DNA from: Squalus acanthias
Lineage: Eukaryota
Length of the DNA: 64,000 nt
Assembly: GCA_030390025.1 (NCBI GenBank)
Contig: CM059432.1
Span: 53,446,001 to 53,510,000 of the forward strand
Reading direction: 5' to 3'
Shown here one piece after another: positions 13,665-26,599 of this stretch (positions within the stretch are counted from its first letter, which is position 1; each line of letters begins with the position of its first letter). Under the pieces are notes generated by a model, which did no database searches, was not told the DNA's origin, and saw only the letters and a list, made by a program, of their open reading frames with translations. The translations under genes and the position numbers were made by a program.

Positions 13665-14793
13665 ATGGCGACTGTGGCAAGGACTTGGCAAAAGGGTTGT
13701 GAAGCAGTAGACACTGATTCAGAAGAGAGAACTGTAATGGAAGAGAGGATTTCAGATTATGTATTCAGCAAAGTGAATATGGAAAAGAAGTGGGTCACTA
13801 ATCTATTAAAAACTGGGCGCCCGGTAGATGCAGCAGTTAAATGGACAGAAGGGAAGGATCATAAAAAATCCTTAGAAAAGGCAGTCTGGCTGATGTGCTT
13901 CAAGAAACAGATCCAACTTTTGGACAGACTCGTTGAAGCACAGGCAGCCGAGATTCGGGAGTCGGCCCTGGAAGTCCAAACGAAGGCCCTAGATGGGGAG
14001 AAGATACTGTTAGCATTGCGGGCGCTAAACCAGGAAAGGGTGCAGTTAGTGGGGGAACACAAGACCCGGCAGGATTATTTACAGTGCCAGGCCACTGAGG
14101 CCAAGAACAATGAGCTGAGGTTGCGGGAAAAGAATGCCCGCCTGGCAAAACAAGTAAGAGAGCAGGAGGAGACAGTAAAAGGCTTACAGGCAGCCTATAA
14201 GGTAATGAGCGCACAGGGGTTTGAGGATGCGGACCACAGCCCCTGCCAGAAGCAGATAGAGAGTCTCAGCCTTGCTCTAAGGAAGGCAAGAGGCGTGGTG
14301 TGCCTCATAAGCCCAAGTGCAGCCCAGGTCAACTTTACAGGGAACCTGGGGAGAACGGTTCAGACACCAAAGATAGCGCCAAGGGACGACCCGGTTGAGG
14401 AGCGGGAGGGCCCACGACCACCACCCATAGCACCAAGCTTTAGCGCAGTCTGGCAAGAAGAAGGGGTGGAGTTATGGGCAGAAGCTGAGGTGGAAAAAAC
14501 CCCGCAAGAGAGGCTGGGACCGGGGCCGATGTGCCCGGCCCGGCAGGACAGATTGGCCCACCCGCTGATAACGGGGATGCAGGACCCCTCCAAAGCCAGT
14601 TCGTGGCTCCCCACGGTACACAACAGCTTAGGGTTATGGTAAGCCACCTGAGTAAACTCACCCAATAAGGGGACCCCTCAGTTCACTTCATAGAAGTAGA
14701 ACAGGCAGCAAGCATTAACGGCTGTGACGATGCCGAGATGGCAAAAATGCTCCTGTTCTCACTGGACAGCCGATTATATCAGTCTCTCTCTGC
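13665..14793 (+). pseudogene. gag: Truncated gag of the older family, frameshifted near 14580-14700
   Basis: Collinear with the young gag: ISDYVFSKVN/IADYVFGKVN, EKAVWLMC, YLQCQ/YLECQ, AKMLLFSLDS. Confidence 0.85.
13666..13684 (+). promoter_or_regulatory. Degenerate tRNA-Arg primer-binding site overlapping the gag ATG
   Basis: TGGCGACTGTGGCAAGGAC versus TGGCGACCGCGGCAGGAC in the young provirus: two CpG transitions and one extra A. Confidence 0.7.
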
Positions 14794-17700
14794 TGGGGCT
14801 GATGTGGGTGAAGCTCCAGGACCCAGCGGGCTGCAGCAACGCCACAGGGAAAGGGAAGCTCGGGGGCCATCTCCCCGGAGGGTGAATTCGTTCGCAAGTT
14901 CTGCTGCACAGGACTCAGATGAGGACGTCGATGGGAAGGCGTTGACCAGACGGACGATGGCCATGCACACCGAGCTCATGGGTGCAATGGCAAGGAGCGT
15001 GGAGAAGTCCGCCTCCAACATTGCACTCAGCTCTGCTCACACCATCGAGCCCATCCTTGGCAGAGAGACCGTGGGGACCCAGACCTCATGTTGCGTGTCA
15101 TGGGTGAGGTGGCAGCAGCTATTGCAGCACAGGCTGAAGCAACGCAATGGCTTAGCACTTTAATGGAGTTAGTGGTTGCTGGCATCCAATCTCAGACTGC
15201 TCTCATGCAGTCTCAGATTGATGCCACACAAGCGCTGACTGCTGCCATCATCGCTGGGTTGCCCACTGTCCACCGGGGATCTCACGGTGCCGCAGCAGGC
15301 CAGCAATCTGTGCTCGAGCAGATTGCTCCGGATGCTGAGGTTCTGTCCCGGGGGAGTGGCAGTTTGTCGGTCAAGCAGGAAGGTGCTGTCCTCTCTCAGG
15401 ATGACAGCATTCCTGCTCCCACCACTGCCACTCCGCCATGCACTTGTCGCAGCTTGTAACCCAGCCAGCCCAGACTGCTGCCATCCATGCTGAGGTGGTG
15501 CAGTCTGCAGCCGGGCCTTCCAGGCCCAGAGCTGGTCGAGGGCATCCTGCAAGGCCATCTGCAGTCTCTGGCTCCCAGACTCAGCAGCCTTCCACCAGCC
15601 TTGCTGCAGCCACTGGGGCCACATTACGGAGAAGCAGTAGGGTTGGTAGGGGGGAACTCAAAAGGGGAGGGAAATCATTGAAGAAGGGGGAATAAAGAAC
15701 ACCTCAGTAGAAAATGGGGGTAGTGTGTGTTAATAAATCAATGTGTTTGTAAATATCTTGTTGTGTTTGTGAACAAATAGTTATGCTTGTAAATATATAT
15801 TTGTGGTTGGTAACAAATAGTTCAGTTTGACAAGAAAGAGTTATATTTGTTGATAAATGGTTGTGTTTGTTTATGAATAATTGTGTTTCATAAGAGAGAG
15901 TTGTGTTCGATAATAAATTGTTAATTTGACATTGCACATTTTGTGATGTTTCTCATTTGACCTTTGCCCGGTGATAGGGGCTGTGAGCTGGATGTAATGA
16001 TGTGTTTGTGCTGCGCAAATGCATGTGCTATATCATTGATTGGAAGCGCTGTCTAATGAGGTGCTCACGCACGGCCCTTGCAGAAGCAAGATTGAGTGCC
16101 TCCCTCCTCCGTTGCTGCTGCTCCTCCTCCTCCGCCTCCTCCTCCTCTCCCTCTTCCTCCTCCTGAGGTGGACCTGCAATCCCTGGTGGCAATGGCTGGG
16201 CCCTCAAACTGGCCAGGTTGTGCAGCATGCAGCACACAACAATGAAAAGGGAGACTCGATCAGGGGAGTACTGCAGGGCTCCTCCAGAGCGGTCAAGGCA
16301 GCGGAACCGTTGCTTTAGCACAGCGATAGTCTGTTTGATCAGGTTCCTAGTGGCGCTATGGCTCTCATTGTATGCCTGCTGAGCAGCAGTGTTGGGGTTG
16401 CGGAGGGGTGTCATCAGCCAGGTGGCGAATGGATAATCCTTGTTTCTGAGCAGCCAGCCGTGAGCTTCATGTGGTGGGTGGAACAGTGCTGGGACACCAG
16501 TCTGTCGCAGGATGAATGCATCATGGCTACTGCCAGGATAGTGGGCATTGACGGCAAGGATAAGCTGTCTGTGGTCGCACACCAACTGAACGTTCAGAGA
16601 GTGGTTTCCTTTGTGGTTATGAAACACCTCTGCATTGTGATGAGGTGCCCGCAATGCCACATGGGTGCTGTCAATGGCGCCCTGAACCATGGGGAAGCCC
16701 GCTATCCTTGCAAAGCCACATGAGCATTCGTCCTGCTTCTCTCTGGTGATGGGGAATGAGATGTACTCCCTTCTCCTTCTGTAGAGAGCATCTGTTACCT
16801 CCCGGATACAGCAATGGACAGCGATCTGTGAAATGTTTGCAATATCCCCTGTTGAAGCCTGGAAGGAGCCGCTGGCGTAGGAATTGAGAGCGACTGTGAC
16901 CTTAACTGCCACTGAGAGAGACATCCTGGTCCTGAGCTGAGGCTGGAGGTCTAGCTGCAGGAGGTGGCAGAGCTCTGTGACCACATCCTTGCTGAAGCGA
17001 AGCCTTCTAAGGCACTGCTCCTCTGAGAGATGAATGTAGGAGAAGTGCTCCCGGAATACCCAGAGAGGGTAAGGCCTCCAATTACGAGGTCTGTCGGCCC
17101 TCCTCCTACATCTGGCCACATTTGGCAATCTCTGTCTCTGCATCCGCTGCCTCCGATGTAGTTGCCGGAGGGCAAGGTGGAGTGCCAGTACAGCCCCCAT
17201 AAAGGAGAGAAACGAGGATGCAGAAATGTTCAGAGCAATACAAGTGAAAAAACTGTTAGAGCAGCAACAAACCAAAAATGGAGAAAATGTGAATGCAACC
17301 ATAACGCTATCTGTCACGCCAGCAATGAATCTGACCTCCCAATGAACCCGGTAAGTGAATCCTTTAAATAGCGCCCCGGGAGCAGCAATCCCAGGTATCA
17401 ACGCCTGCTTTTTCTGTTGTTCTCAGCACCAGGCGGTAAGTCAGGGGAAGCAACTGAATTTTGCATCCGGGGCACTAACGGGGTGTTGCACACTCATTGA
17501 CATCACAGTCTGAGTGGCGCGAGAGGGCCAGGCGCTAAGTTCACTGGTAGCGCCCCAAAAGGAGGTGGGGCACTACTGGAAGCGCCCCGCCATCCTCTTG
17601 GGGCGCTGCGAGTGTATATCACGGGGCTACATGCCACAACGTCATGCGAGCCGGCACGTCGCACTGCGGTACTGCAGGCCTTCCTCCCCTTATTAAAGGG

Positions 17701-18181
17701 GAGGGGCCTAGCGCAGCGAGAACCAGGGCCCAGCTGGGCCACCAGGGAGTGGAGTGCCGGCAAAAGAGCGCAGCCGGCACCCTGCGGGGGGGCTTCACAG
17801 GAGGTCGGGGACAGCAACGGGGGCAGGTGCTGGCAGGCAGCCAGCAACTAAAATGGCCGTCCAGCACCTCCCCTTTAATTTGCGCCATGCCAACCGCACA
17901 TACGCCCCCTTGACCCTGTCGGACATAGCGTCTGGTGGTAAGTCAGGGAGCGCTATCGAAGATCACGGCTGGGGCGTCGAGCAGGGCGCTGCGCACGGCG
18001 ATGACTTCATTGCTGGAGGTGCAGCGCCGTGGGGCGCTAACGGTTACCGCCGCTGCTAACCTCCCGCTGAATTTCGCAGGAGGCGTTAGTGGCGCCACGC
18101 CCGGGCACTTATTGCTTTGCGCACCGTTAGCATCCTCTTAGGGCACTAACGGGAGGCACAAATCAACCAAACTTTCCCCCC
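14794..18181. mobile_element. Harbinger transposon, left end deleted and fused to the gag remnant
   Basis: Partner-gene 3' part (+, 14794-15695), convergent transposase (-), and a GC-rich subterminal region ending AAACTTTCCCCCC. Confidence 0.8.
16028..17200 (-). CDS. Harbinger transposase, open frame but catalytically altered
   Basis: Uninterrupted ORF, likely start MGAVLAL at 17200. First Asp retained (IDSTH), but GDKGY reads RNKDY and IEQT reads IKQT. Confidence 0.85.
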   Translation of the reverse strand: MGAVLALHLALRQLHRRQRMQRQRLPNVARCRRRADRPRNWRPYPLWVFREHFSYIHLSEEQCLRRLRFSKDVVTELCHLLQLDLQPQLRTRMSLSVAVKVTVALNSYASGSFQASTGDIANISQIAVHCCIREVTDALYRRRREYISFPITREKQDECSCGFARIAGFPMVQGAIDSTHVALRAPHHNAEVFHNHKGNHSLNVQLVCDHRQLILAVNAHYPGSSHDAFILRQTGVPALFHPPHEAHGWLLRNKDYPFATWLMTPLRNPNTAAQQAYNESHSATRNLIKQTIAVLKQRFRCLDRSGGALQYSPDRVSLFIVVCCMLHNLASLRAQPLPPGIAGPPQEEEEGEEEEAEEEEQQQRRREALNLASARAVREHLIRQRFQSMI

Positions 18182-18305
18182 AATAGACTTCATGGTTTAT
18201 ATGAAACCTGAAAGTGACTGCAAGATATGGGATTGTACTTGTTGCAATACAAAGTGTAAAGGCTCCCAAGTTTATATAGCTGAGTCCTGGCTCTTCCGAC
18301 ACATC

Positions 18306-19068
18306 GGCCCAAAACGTCGGCTGAATACGGGAGAGTACGAACTGTGTACTCTCGCGTATTCGGTCCTGAAGTGCCGGTTTCCTGCATGCACTGCGCATGC
18401 GCGGGAAACCGGCACTTCCGGTATTGCTAAGGGGGCAGTTCCTAAGTGAACCGTGTGCGTGCTAGAGGCTGCGCGCACGCAGCACACTTAGGTTTTTTTC
18501 AGGTTTCAACGCAAGGGTAAGTATTGAAGATTTTACACATGAAGAAAGGAGGCGTAAGACCCCCTTTTAACAAGGTAAGTAGTTAATTAAGTATTATTTT
18601 AAATTTTTTTCAACAGGTTTATCTTTTTTAGAGACTTTAAAGAAAGGTAAGTTTATTTTTATAACTTTTAAAAAGAATTAAAACATTTTCAAAAATTTTA
18701 ATTTTTGTTTAAAGTGGTTAATTTATTTAACTATAGTTATTTTATTAATGTGATGGTTTTTTTTAAATTTATTTGAGGTTTAGCTGTTCTTTTGGGGGCA
18801 ATTTGTATTCATAGTTTTGACAGGTCTCCTGTCAAAACTATGAATGAAAGATGGTGTGCTGCCATTGGCTCTCCATGTCCCACGTGATCCCAGAGGTCGC
18901 ATCGAACTAACTGCGCCTCTGGGACACGCACACACTGCGCGCCGGCACCAGGGAGAGGCCCAGGACCAGAAGTTCGTGTGGGCCCGAAACATAAAGGCAG
19001 GCGCGGTAGGTAAGATCGCGCGCGATCCTTACCCCCGCGGCAAGCCTCCAAGTCCAATTTCTGGGCCA
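18306..19068 (+). mobile_element. ~770-bp MITE family, copy 1
   Basis: Collinear with 31231-31996 and 52076-52809; GGCCC(A)-type terminal inverted repeats. Confidence 0.8.
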
Positions 19069-21104
19069 ATATATATAACTGCAATTAGAGCATAAATACC
19101 TACAGTAAAGCCTGATTCATCCCATAACTAAAAAAGGAGGAACAGTGAATGTGAAATCTTTCCAATCATTTTATTTTGCCTTGCAACATAATTCCACTGC
19201 TATATAACCAAAGTACCATGTGAAGGAAACAAAGTTAGATGAAGGCTTATAAAAACACTATTTGCTCCCTGCTATTGAAATAACACACTATTCACAATTG
19301 GAAATATATGAAAAAATGTTTGCCAGACATTATATCTAAATATATGCTTACCAAGGATAGATAAATAAAACAAACGTATAAGCAGAAGTGAACTAAATCA
19401 GGCCTTTCGGTTTATTGCCAGTGACCAAATTTAGAAAAAATGGACCATATCGAATTCAAGCCTGCCTTTCCTTTATTTTTTTTACTAAAGTTAAAAATCA
19501 TGCACTAGTTTTCATAATGATATAGTACTAGTGTAAATTCTCGACAGAGCGTTTACAGGTGGGTACACTGACAGCCTCGTTGTGCATATGTATACAGTAA
19601 TTTAACACACGTCAGTTCTGAGGCAGGCGTGGTGTGAGATCACCGGGCATGCACAGGGGCGAATCCATCCCCTCCAGTGATGCTTTTGGGTCGGGTCACT
19701 TCTTCTGTACAGCTGAGACTAATGGTGGTGTGAATCCCACACAAAACCCAAGTGTATTGAAGCATTGTGTTAGGGAATCCCAGTAGCTAGCTTACAATAG
19801 TGGAAGGGTATTAGATGCTTCTTCTTCCCTCTACCAATATGCTCACCGCCAAGAATTAGATTGAGATCTCCTCTATTATGTCTAGGGTTTTGCATATACA
19901 TTATCTGCCTAAGCTGGCTTGCTTTGGATTGCTACATAACCCAGCTCAAAAGTATCAATTAATGACTGAACTAAATCAACATCAGGGCTACTGTCCAATG
20001 CTGAATGAAATGCAACTTTTATTTGCCAGAGACATTAAAGACTAAAGTTGAAACTGCTGCATTACCAATATTATTTAACGACAATTGCATAGATGTGATC
20101 AATATAATCATAAGGTTAAGCACTGGTGATTACAATAAAAGTAAATTGAATCTTAACAGCCATTAACAGAATCTAAATCACCATAACTATAACAGCAACT
20201 TAATTACAGGTTTCACAATACAGTCCCCACCACATATAGCGTGAGCGTTCGTGTTAATGAGATTTGTAGTTGTCCGAAATCTCCACTTTTGACTACGTGC
20301 CACAGTTGTTAATAGTGCAAACAGCTCATTGAAGACCTAACTTTGCCTGAAATCAGCAGAACTTTTAAATCGGGAAGTAAGGATAGGTTTTAAGCGGTGA
20401 ATTCGTAATTGATGTCCAGGGCAATGATAAATGGTTAGCACCATTTGCCCAATATAGGCAGCTGTCCGTGATAAGCGTAAACAGTGTAAGTGGTGGGGAC
20501 TGTATGTCAGCTTTCTCTTAATAATGGTAGAATACAATTACATTGGATGTCCAGGATTACAGTATGGCATAATTTGAGTTCAAAGGTCGAAGTATACATT
20601 AAAAATTCCTCGGCTCCACACCACCGGCTAGTGTGGCAGAGCATATGCTGGTGACCTCCACTCCTGACCCTGTCAGATTATCTGGGGTCAGTGAGAGGTT
20701 AACCTATTAGCATTTCAGTGGCAGGCACCTGTGCCACTGTGGGCACCACTTGGGTGTCCGTCAGAGGGAGGGGCAGGAATACCAGCACTGGCCATCCACT
20801 AATGTCTCAGTTGGAGTCATCTGCCAGTAAATGTTACTTTCCGCTGCCCCATCACACTGGTCCCAACATTTTTTGGGTGGTCCAGACAAGGACCCAGACA
20901 TGGGCGCCACATTGGGGCCAAGTTGTAATGTTGAGCAGATCTGTATGCCCATTTGATCCCAGCATCCAGGTTGCTTGACGTTAGTGAGGCCGGGGACAAG
21001 GAAGCACCCAGCGTGGGAATTCCATCCCTCCAGCCCGTCCTGCCCCATCCAGCAACATGGGCCATGCTTTGGATGGAAGGAGGTGCTGCGCCAAACAAGC
21101 CCTG

Positions 21105-21370
21105 ATGGAAACAAGTGCCAGGCAATGACTATCTCCAACAAGCGAGAGCCTAACCACCTCCCCTTGACATTCAACGGCATTACCATCGCCGAATCCCCCT
21201 CCATCAACATCCTGGGGGGACACCATTAACCAGAAACTTAACTGGGCCAGCCACATAAATACTGTGGCTACAAGAACAGGTCAGAGGCTAGGTATTCTGT
21301 GGCGAGTGTCTCACCTCCTGACTCCCCAAAGACTTTCCACCATCTACAAGACACAAGTCAGAAGTGTGAT
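21105..21370 (+). mobile_element. CR1-clade LINE ORF2 fragment
   Basis: KCQAMTISNKREPNHLPLTFNGITI, the same family as 22961-24391. Confidence 0.8.
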
Positions 21371-21880
21371 TTTTTAAAATTCGTTCATGGGATGTGGGTG
21401 TCACTGGCAAGGCTGGCATTTATTGCTCATCCTGAAGTGCCCTTGAGAAGGTGGTGGTGAGCCGCCTTCTTGAACCGCTGCAGTCCGTGTGGTGAAGGTA
21501 CTCCCACAGTACTGTTAGGGAGCGAGTTCCAGGATTTTGACCCAGTGACAATGAAGGAATGGCGATATACTTCCAAGTCAGGATGGTGTGTGACTTGGAG
21601 GAGAATTGGAGGTGGTGGTGTTCCCATGCGCCTGCTGCCCTTGTCCTTCTAGGTGGTAGAGTCCGCGGGTTTGGGAGGTGCTGCCGAAGAAGCCTTGGCG
21701 AGTTGCTGCAGTGCATCTTGTAGATGGTACACACTGCAGCCACAGGTACGCCGGTGGTGGAGGGAGTGAATGTTTAAGGTGGTGGATGGGGTGCCAATCA
21801 AGGGGGCTGCTTTGTCCTGGATGGTGTCGAGCTTCTTGAGTGTTGTTGAAGCTGCACTCATCCAGGCAAGTGGAGAGTAT
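21371..21880 (-). mobile_element. 3' end of the same LINE family, inverted
   Basis: TLKKLDTIQDKAA...WNSLP...GLQRFKKAAHHHLL, followed by a 3' UTR and A-rich tail at ~21371. Confidence 0.8.
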
Positions 21881-21884
21881 TCGG

Positions 21885-24391
21885 TAACGGAGCATAGTGG
21901 TTATGTTACTGGACTAGTAATCCAGAGGACATGTGAGTTCAAATCCCACCACAGCAGCTGGGGAATTTAAATACAGTTAATTAATTAAATATATCTGGAA
22001 TAAAAAGCTAGCCTCAGTAATGGTGACCATGAAGCTATCGGATTGTCATAAAAACCCATCTGGTTCACTAATGTCCTTTAGGGAAGGAAATCTGCCGTCC
22101 TTACCTGGTCTGGCCTATATGTGACTCCTGACGCATAGCAATGTGTTTGACTCTTAACTGCCCTCTGAAATGGCCTAGCAAGCCACTCAGTTGTAAAAAA
22201 CCACTACGAAACACAATAAGCATAAAACCAGACGGACCACCTGGTATCGAACTCGGCATAAATCCAAACGGCACACGAAGCCCAGTCGATCCTGCAAAGT
22301 CCTCCTCACCAACATCTGGGGACTTGTGTCAAAACTGGGAGGTCAAGCATGGACAAGGAAACCTCCTGCTGATTACCATCTACCGCCCTGCCTCAGCTGA
22401 TGAATCAGTACTGCTTCATGCTGAACACCACTTGGGAGAAGCGCTGAGAGTAGCAAGGGCACAGAATGTACTCTGGGAGGGGGACTTCAATGTCCATCAC
22501 CAAGAATGGCTCAGTAGCACCACTACTGACCGAGCTGGCTGAGTCCTGAAGAACATAGCTGGCAATCTGGGCCTGTGACAGATGGTGAGAGTACCAACAC
22601 AAGGGAAAAACCTACTTGACTTCATCCTCACCAATCTACCTGTTGCATTGACAGTATTGGTAGCAGTGGCCACCGCACAGTCATTGTGGAGACGAAGACC
22701 CGTCTTCACACTGAGGACACCCTCCATCGTGTTGTATGGCACTACCACCGTGCTAAATGGGATAGATTCAGAACAGATCTAGCAGCTCAAAACCGGGCAT
22801 CAATGAGGTGCTGTGGGCCATCAGCAGCAGCAGAATTGTATTCCACCACAATCTGTAACCTCATGGCCTGGCATATCCCTCACTCTACCATTACCATCAA
22901 GCCAGCTTCAATAAGAAGTGTAGAAGAGCATGCCAGGAGCAGCACCAGGCATACCTAAAAATGCGGTGCCAACCTGGGGAAGTTGCAACACAGGACTACA
23001 TGCATGCTAAAAAGCGGACGCAGCATGCTATAGACAGGGCTAAGCGATCCCACAATCAATGGATCAGATCAAAGCTCTGCAGTCCTGCCACATCCAGGTG
23101 TGAATGGTGGTGGACCATTCAACAACTAACTGGAGAAGGAGGCTCCATGAATATCCCCATCCTCAATGATGGTGGAGCCCAACACGTGAGTGCAAAAGAC
23201 AAGGCTGATGCGTTTGCAAACATCTTCAGCCAGAAGTGCCGAGTGGATGATCCATATCAGCCTCCTCCTGAGGTCCCCACCATCACAGAAGCCAGTCTTC
23301 AGCCAATTCGATTCACTCCACGAGATATCAAGAAACGGTTGAGCGCACTGGATACAGCAAAGGCTATGGGCCCTGACAACATCCCAGCTATCGTGCTGAA
23401 GACTTGTGCTCCAGTACTAGCTGCACCTCTAGCCAAGCTGTTCCAGTACAGCTACAACATTGGCATCTATCCGACAATCTGGAAAACTGCCCAGGTATGT
23501 CCTGTGCACAAAAAGCAGGACAAATCCAATCCGGCCAATTACCGCCCCATCAGTCTACTCTCAATCATCAGTAAAGTGATGGAAGGTGTCATCTCGACAG
23601 TGCAATCAAGCGGCAATTACTCAACAATAACCTGCTCACTGATGCCCAGTTTGGGTTCCACCAAGACCACTCGGCTCCCAACCTCATTACAGCCTTGGTC
23701 CAAACATGGACAAAGGAGCTGAATTCCAGAGATGAGTTGGGAGTGACTGCCCTTGACATCAAGGCATCATTTGACCGAGTGTGGCATCAAGGAGCCCTAG
23801 TAAAACGGAAGTCAGTGGGAATCGGGGGGGAAATTCTCCATTGGCTGGAGTCATACCTAGCACAAAGGAAGATGGTTGTGGTGGTTGGAGGTCAATCATC
23901 AGAGCCCCAGGACATCGCTGCAGGAGTTCCTCAGGGCAGTGTCCTAGACCCAACCATCTTTAGCTGCATCATCAATGACTTTCCCTCCATCATAAGGTCA
24001 GAAGTGGGGATGTTCACTGATGACTGCACAGTGTTCAGTGCCATGCGCAACTCCTCAGATAATGAACTGTACAACATTCAGGCTTGTGCTGATAAGTGGC
24101 AGGTAACATTCACGCCACACAAGTGCCAGGCAATGACTATCTCCAACAAGCGAGCATCTAACCACCGCCCCTTGACATTCAACAGCATTACCATCGCTGA
24201 ATCCCCCACCATCAATATCCTGGGGGTAACCATTGACCGCAAACTTAACAGGACCAGCCACATAAATACTGTGGCAACAAGAGCAGGTCAGGGGCTGGGT
24301 ATTCTGCGGCGAGTATCTCACCTTTTGACTCCCTAAAGCCTTTCCACCATCTACAAGGCACAAGTCAGGAGTGTAATGAATAATCTCCACT
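21885..24391 (+). mobile_element. CR1-clade LINE (5' region plus degenerate EN-RT ORF2), interrupted by a Harbinger element
   Basis: GDFNVHH and LDFILTN (endonuclease); NYRPISLLS, GVPQGSVL and MFTDD (RT) across ORFs 22141-24336. Resumes at ~28395-28505. Confidence 0.85.
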
Positions 24392-24392
24392 G

Positions 24393-26358
24393 GTGGAGGG
24401 AGCAAGAGCAAATAAGGAAGAGCTCTTTCCTTTCTCAGGGAGGAAAAAGCCTCCACAACAGACCAAAGCTGTGTGGCTGCAAGTGGCACAGGAGATGAAT
24501 GCGATATCAATGTGCAGCAGAACCTGGCTGCAGTGCAGAAGGAGGTTTCATGACCTTCTCCGCACAGGAAAAGTGAGTATTCCATCCCCATGACCCTCAA
24601 TCTGATCCCCATCGCCTCTCATCACCAGCACTCTGCTTTGTCAACCTCCTCCTCCACATCCCACTTCACCCTTACATCCCTGCACCCTTACCCATTCCCT
24701 CTCTCTGTATGTTCACATTCAATTAACTATTCGACTATGCAGCCCTCAAACTCCCTATCACTGTGATGCTATGACAACAACTTACAACACACAGGGAGGG
24801 CCCTTGGACTTGGCACCTCACTCCATCTTTGTGTCCTTCTAAGCATCCATGCTATGGATTCTCTACACTCACTCCTTCATTCTCACTCAAACTCCACTTG
24901 TGTACCTCATTGCAGGAAAGGAGAGCCCACAATAAGAGGGAGAGGGTGAGGACAGGAGGAGGGCTACCCTCAATAGCCTAGCTCACCGCTGCAGAGGAGG
25001 CGGCCCTGGAGATCGTGGGAGTGGAGGAGGATGCGCAAGTGGGGGACGGACAGACGGGCGCATCAGAGCAAGCTGGTGACAGAATAGTTTTTCATCTCTC
25101 TCATTGACATTGCATCAGTGACTGATATTGATTCTGACGCTCTAACAGATTGACTTATGATCATCTGCACAATTCAATGTGCATGCAACTTTTATTTCAC
25201 ATGTCTAACTCTTTCGTTTACTCCCCCACAGGACCATCGACAGCCCCCCTCCCCACTGTCCAGGAGGAACAGCCTGAGCGCCCAGACTCCTCAGAGGAAG
25301 CTGCAACCTCTGAGGGAGCAGTATCAGCAGAATTCAGTGCACCCAGCACAAGTGCAGACACTCACACCTCGGTGGGACCTTCGGGACATGGAGTAAAGTT
25401 GTCACCTGGTGTATCACTGCTCACAAGTGAGCATCAGCAGATGGTGCAGACAGGCACAGCAGTGGAGAGTCCTCGTCGGAGGCCACAGGACTCTCCCAGC
25501 TCGGCTCCGCTGCATGTTGACCCTGTGCCTCCGGGTCCATCCAGAAGGAGAGCAGTGCTCGAACTCCAGGAACAGGTGCAGGAGTTTCTGGCAGGTTTTG
25601 TCTCAGGGTTGCTGCGAGTGTGGAGCGAATGGAGGAGTCCATCGCGAACATGAGCAGGGCCTTTGTGGAGGCGTTGGCGCATGAACGCATCACCACGGAA
25701 AGGATGGCAACCTTCGTGAAAGGATGGCTACCTCCGTGGTAAGGCTGGCTACCATAGAGGAGAGGATGGCTACGGTAGAGGAGAGGATGGCTACGGTAGA
25801 GGAGAGGATGGCTACGGCCATGGAGGAGCTTAGTCACCAGGGTCTTGAAAACATGGTCATTGTTCAGAATAGAATGATGTCTCTTGAGGAGCGATGGTCA
25901 GCTATTGAGGAGAGAAACCAGAGCTTCATGGAAGTCCTCTGGAGTAGGACCTCCAGTGCAGAAACGGGTCCTCATGGTTCCCCTGAAGTGCAGCGAGGTG
26001 CTGTCAAGTCACTTGCTAGCTCTGAAGTGGGGCTGACCCATGAGAGGGATGTTGGTGGCAGAGAACCAGGAAGTGGGGGCTCCTCTCCAACGCTCACACG
26101 ACCAGGCCACTGCAGAGCCCTCGGTCAGAGCCCCACCAGAGTCCTCACCCAACTGAGATCGGCGTCTCAACCCCTGCACAGCCGCAGGAGCAGCAGACTG
26201 TGGCTGAGCCCTCACAGGCTCGCAACTCCAGAGGACGCCCGCCAAAGGTGCCGAGACAGGAGCAGCAAGAAAGTGAGCAAGGGGCCTCCACATCTGCTGA
26301 AGCCACAGGGGAAGCACCACGTAGGAGCACGCGTAAGAGGAAGATAAAGCACAAGTAG
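24393..26358 (+). pseudogene. Harbinger Myb/SANT(MADF)-like partner gene, exons ~24393-24572, 24916-25075, 25232-26358
   Basis: WLQVA...WLQCRRRFHDL trihelix motif, canonical GT-AG sites and ERMATVE heptad repeats; contains a stop and frameshifts. Confidence 0.75.
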
Positions 26359-26599
26359 TCACAAGTGTAGTCACTTGGGTGTTCTGTTGTGTTTATTTTT
26401 GAAATGCCATCCGTGAATTGTTGTGATAAAAAAATTTGATGGCTAACCATTGAAGTTGTGGCCTGTGTCATTTCGCAAATGAGACTTCCACATTGAGGGC
26501 TTAGGGCGACTTGCAATTGTCAGTATGGTGGTCAGATTGATAGGAATCCGCAGGTTCTTGGCCATTGTTGATGCTCTAGTAAGAAGGCAAAAGTGTTTG

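Noticed and set aside
14738..15163. Gag-Harbinger chimeric ORF as a functional new gene
   Set aside because: Both parents are frameshifted around the junction; a deletion product is sufficient explanation.
16028..17401. Open transposase ORF as the domesticated host gene HARBI1
   Set aside because: It lies within transposon ends next to a partner-gene remnant, with several related copies nearby, so it is a decaying TE copy.
25700..25820. Regular 21-bp repeats as a CRISPR-like array
   Set aside because: No unique spacers; these are coding heptad repeats in a eukaryotic transposon gene.
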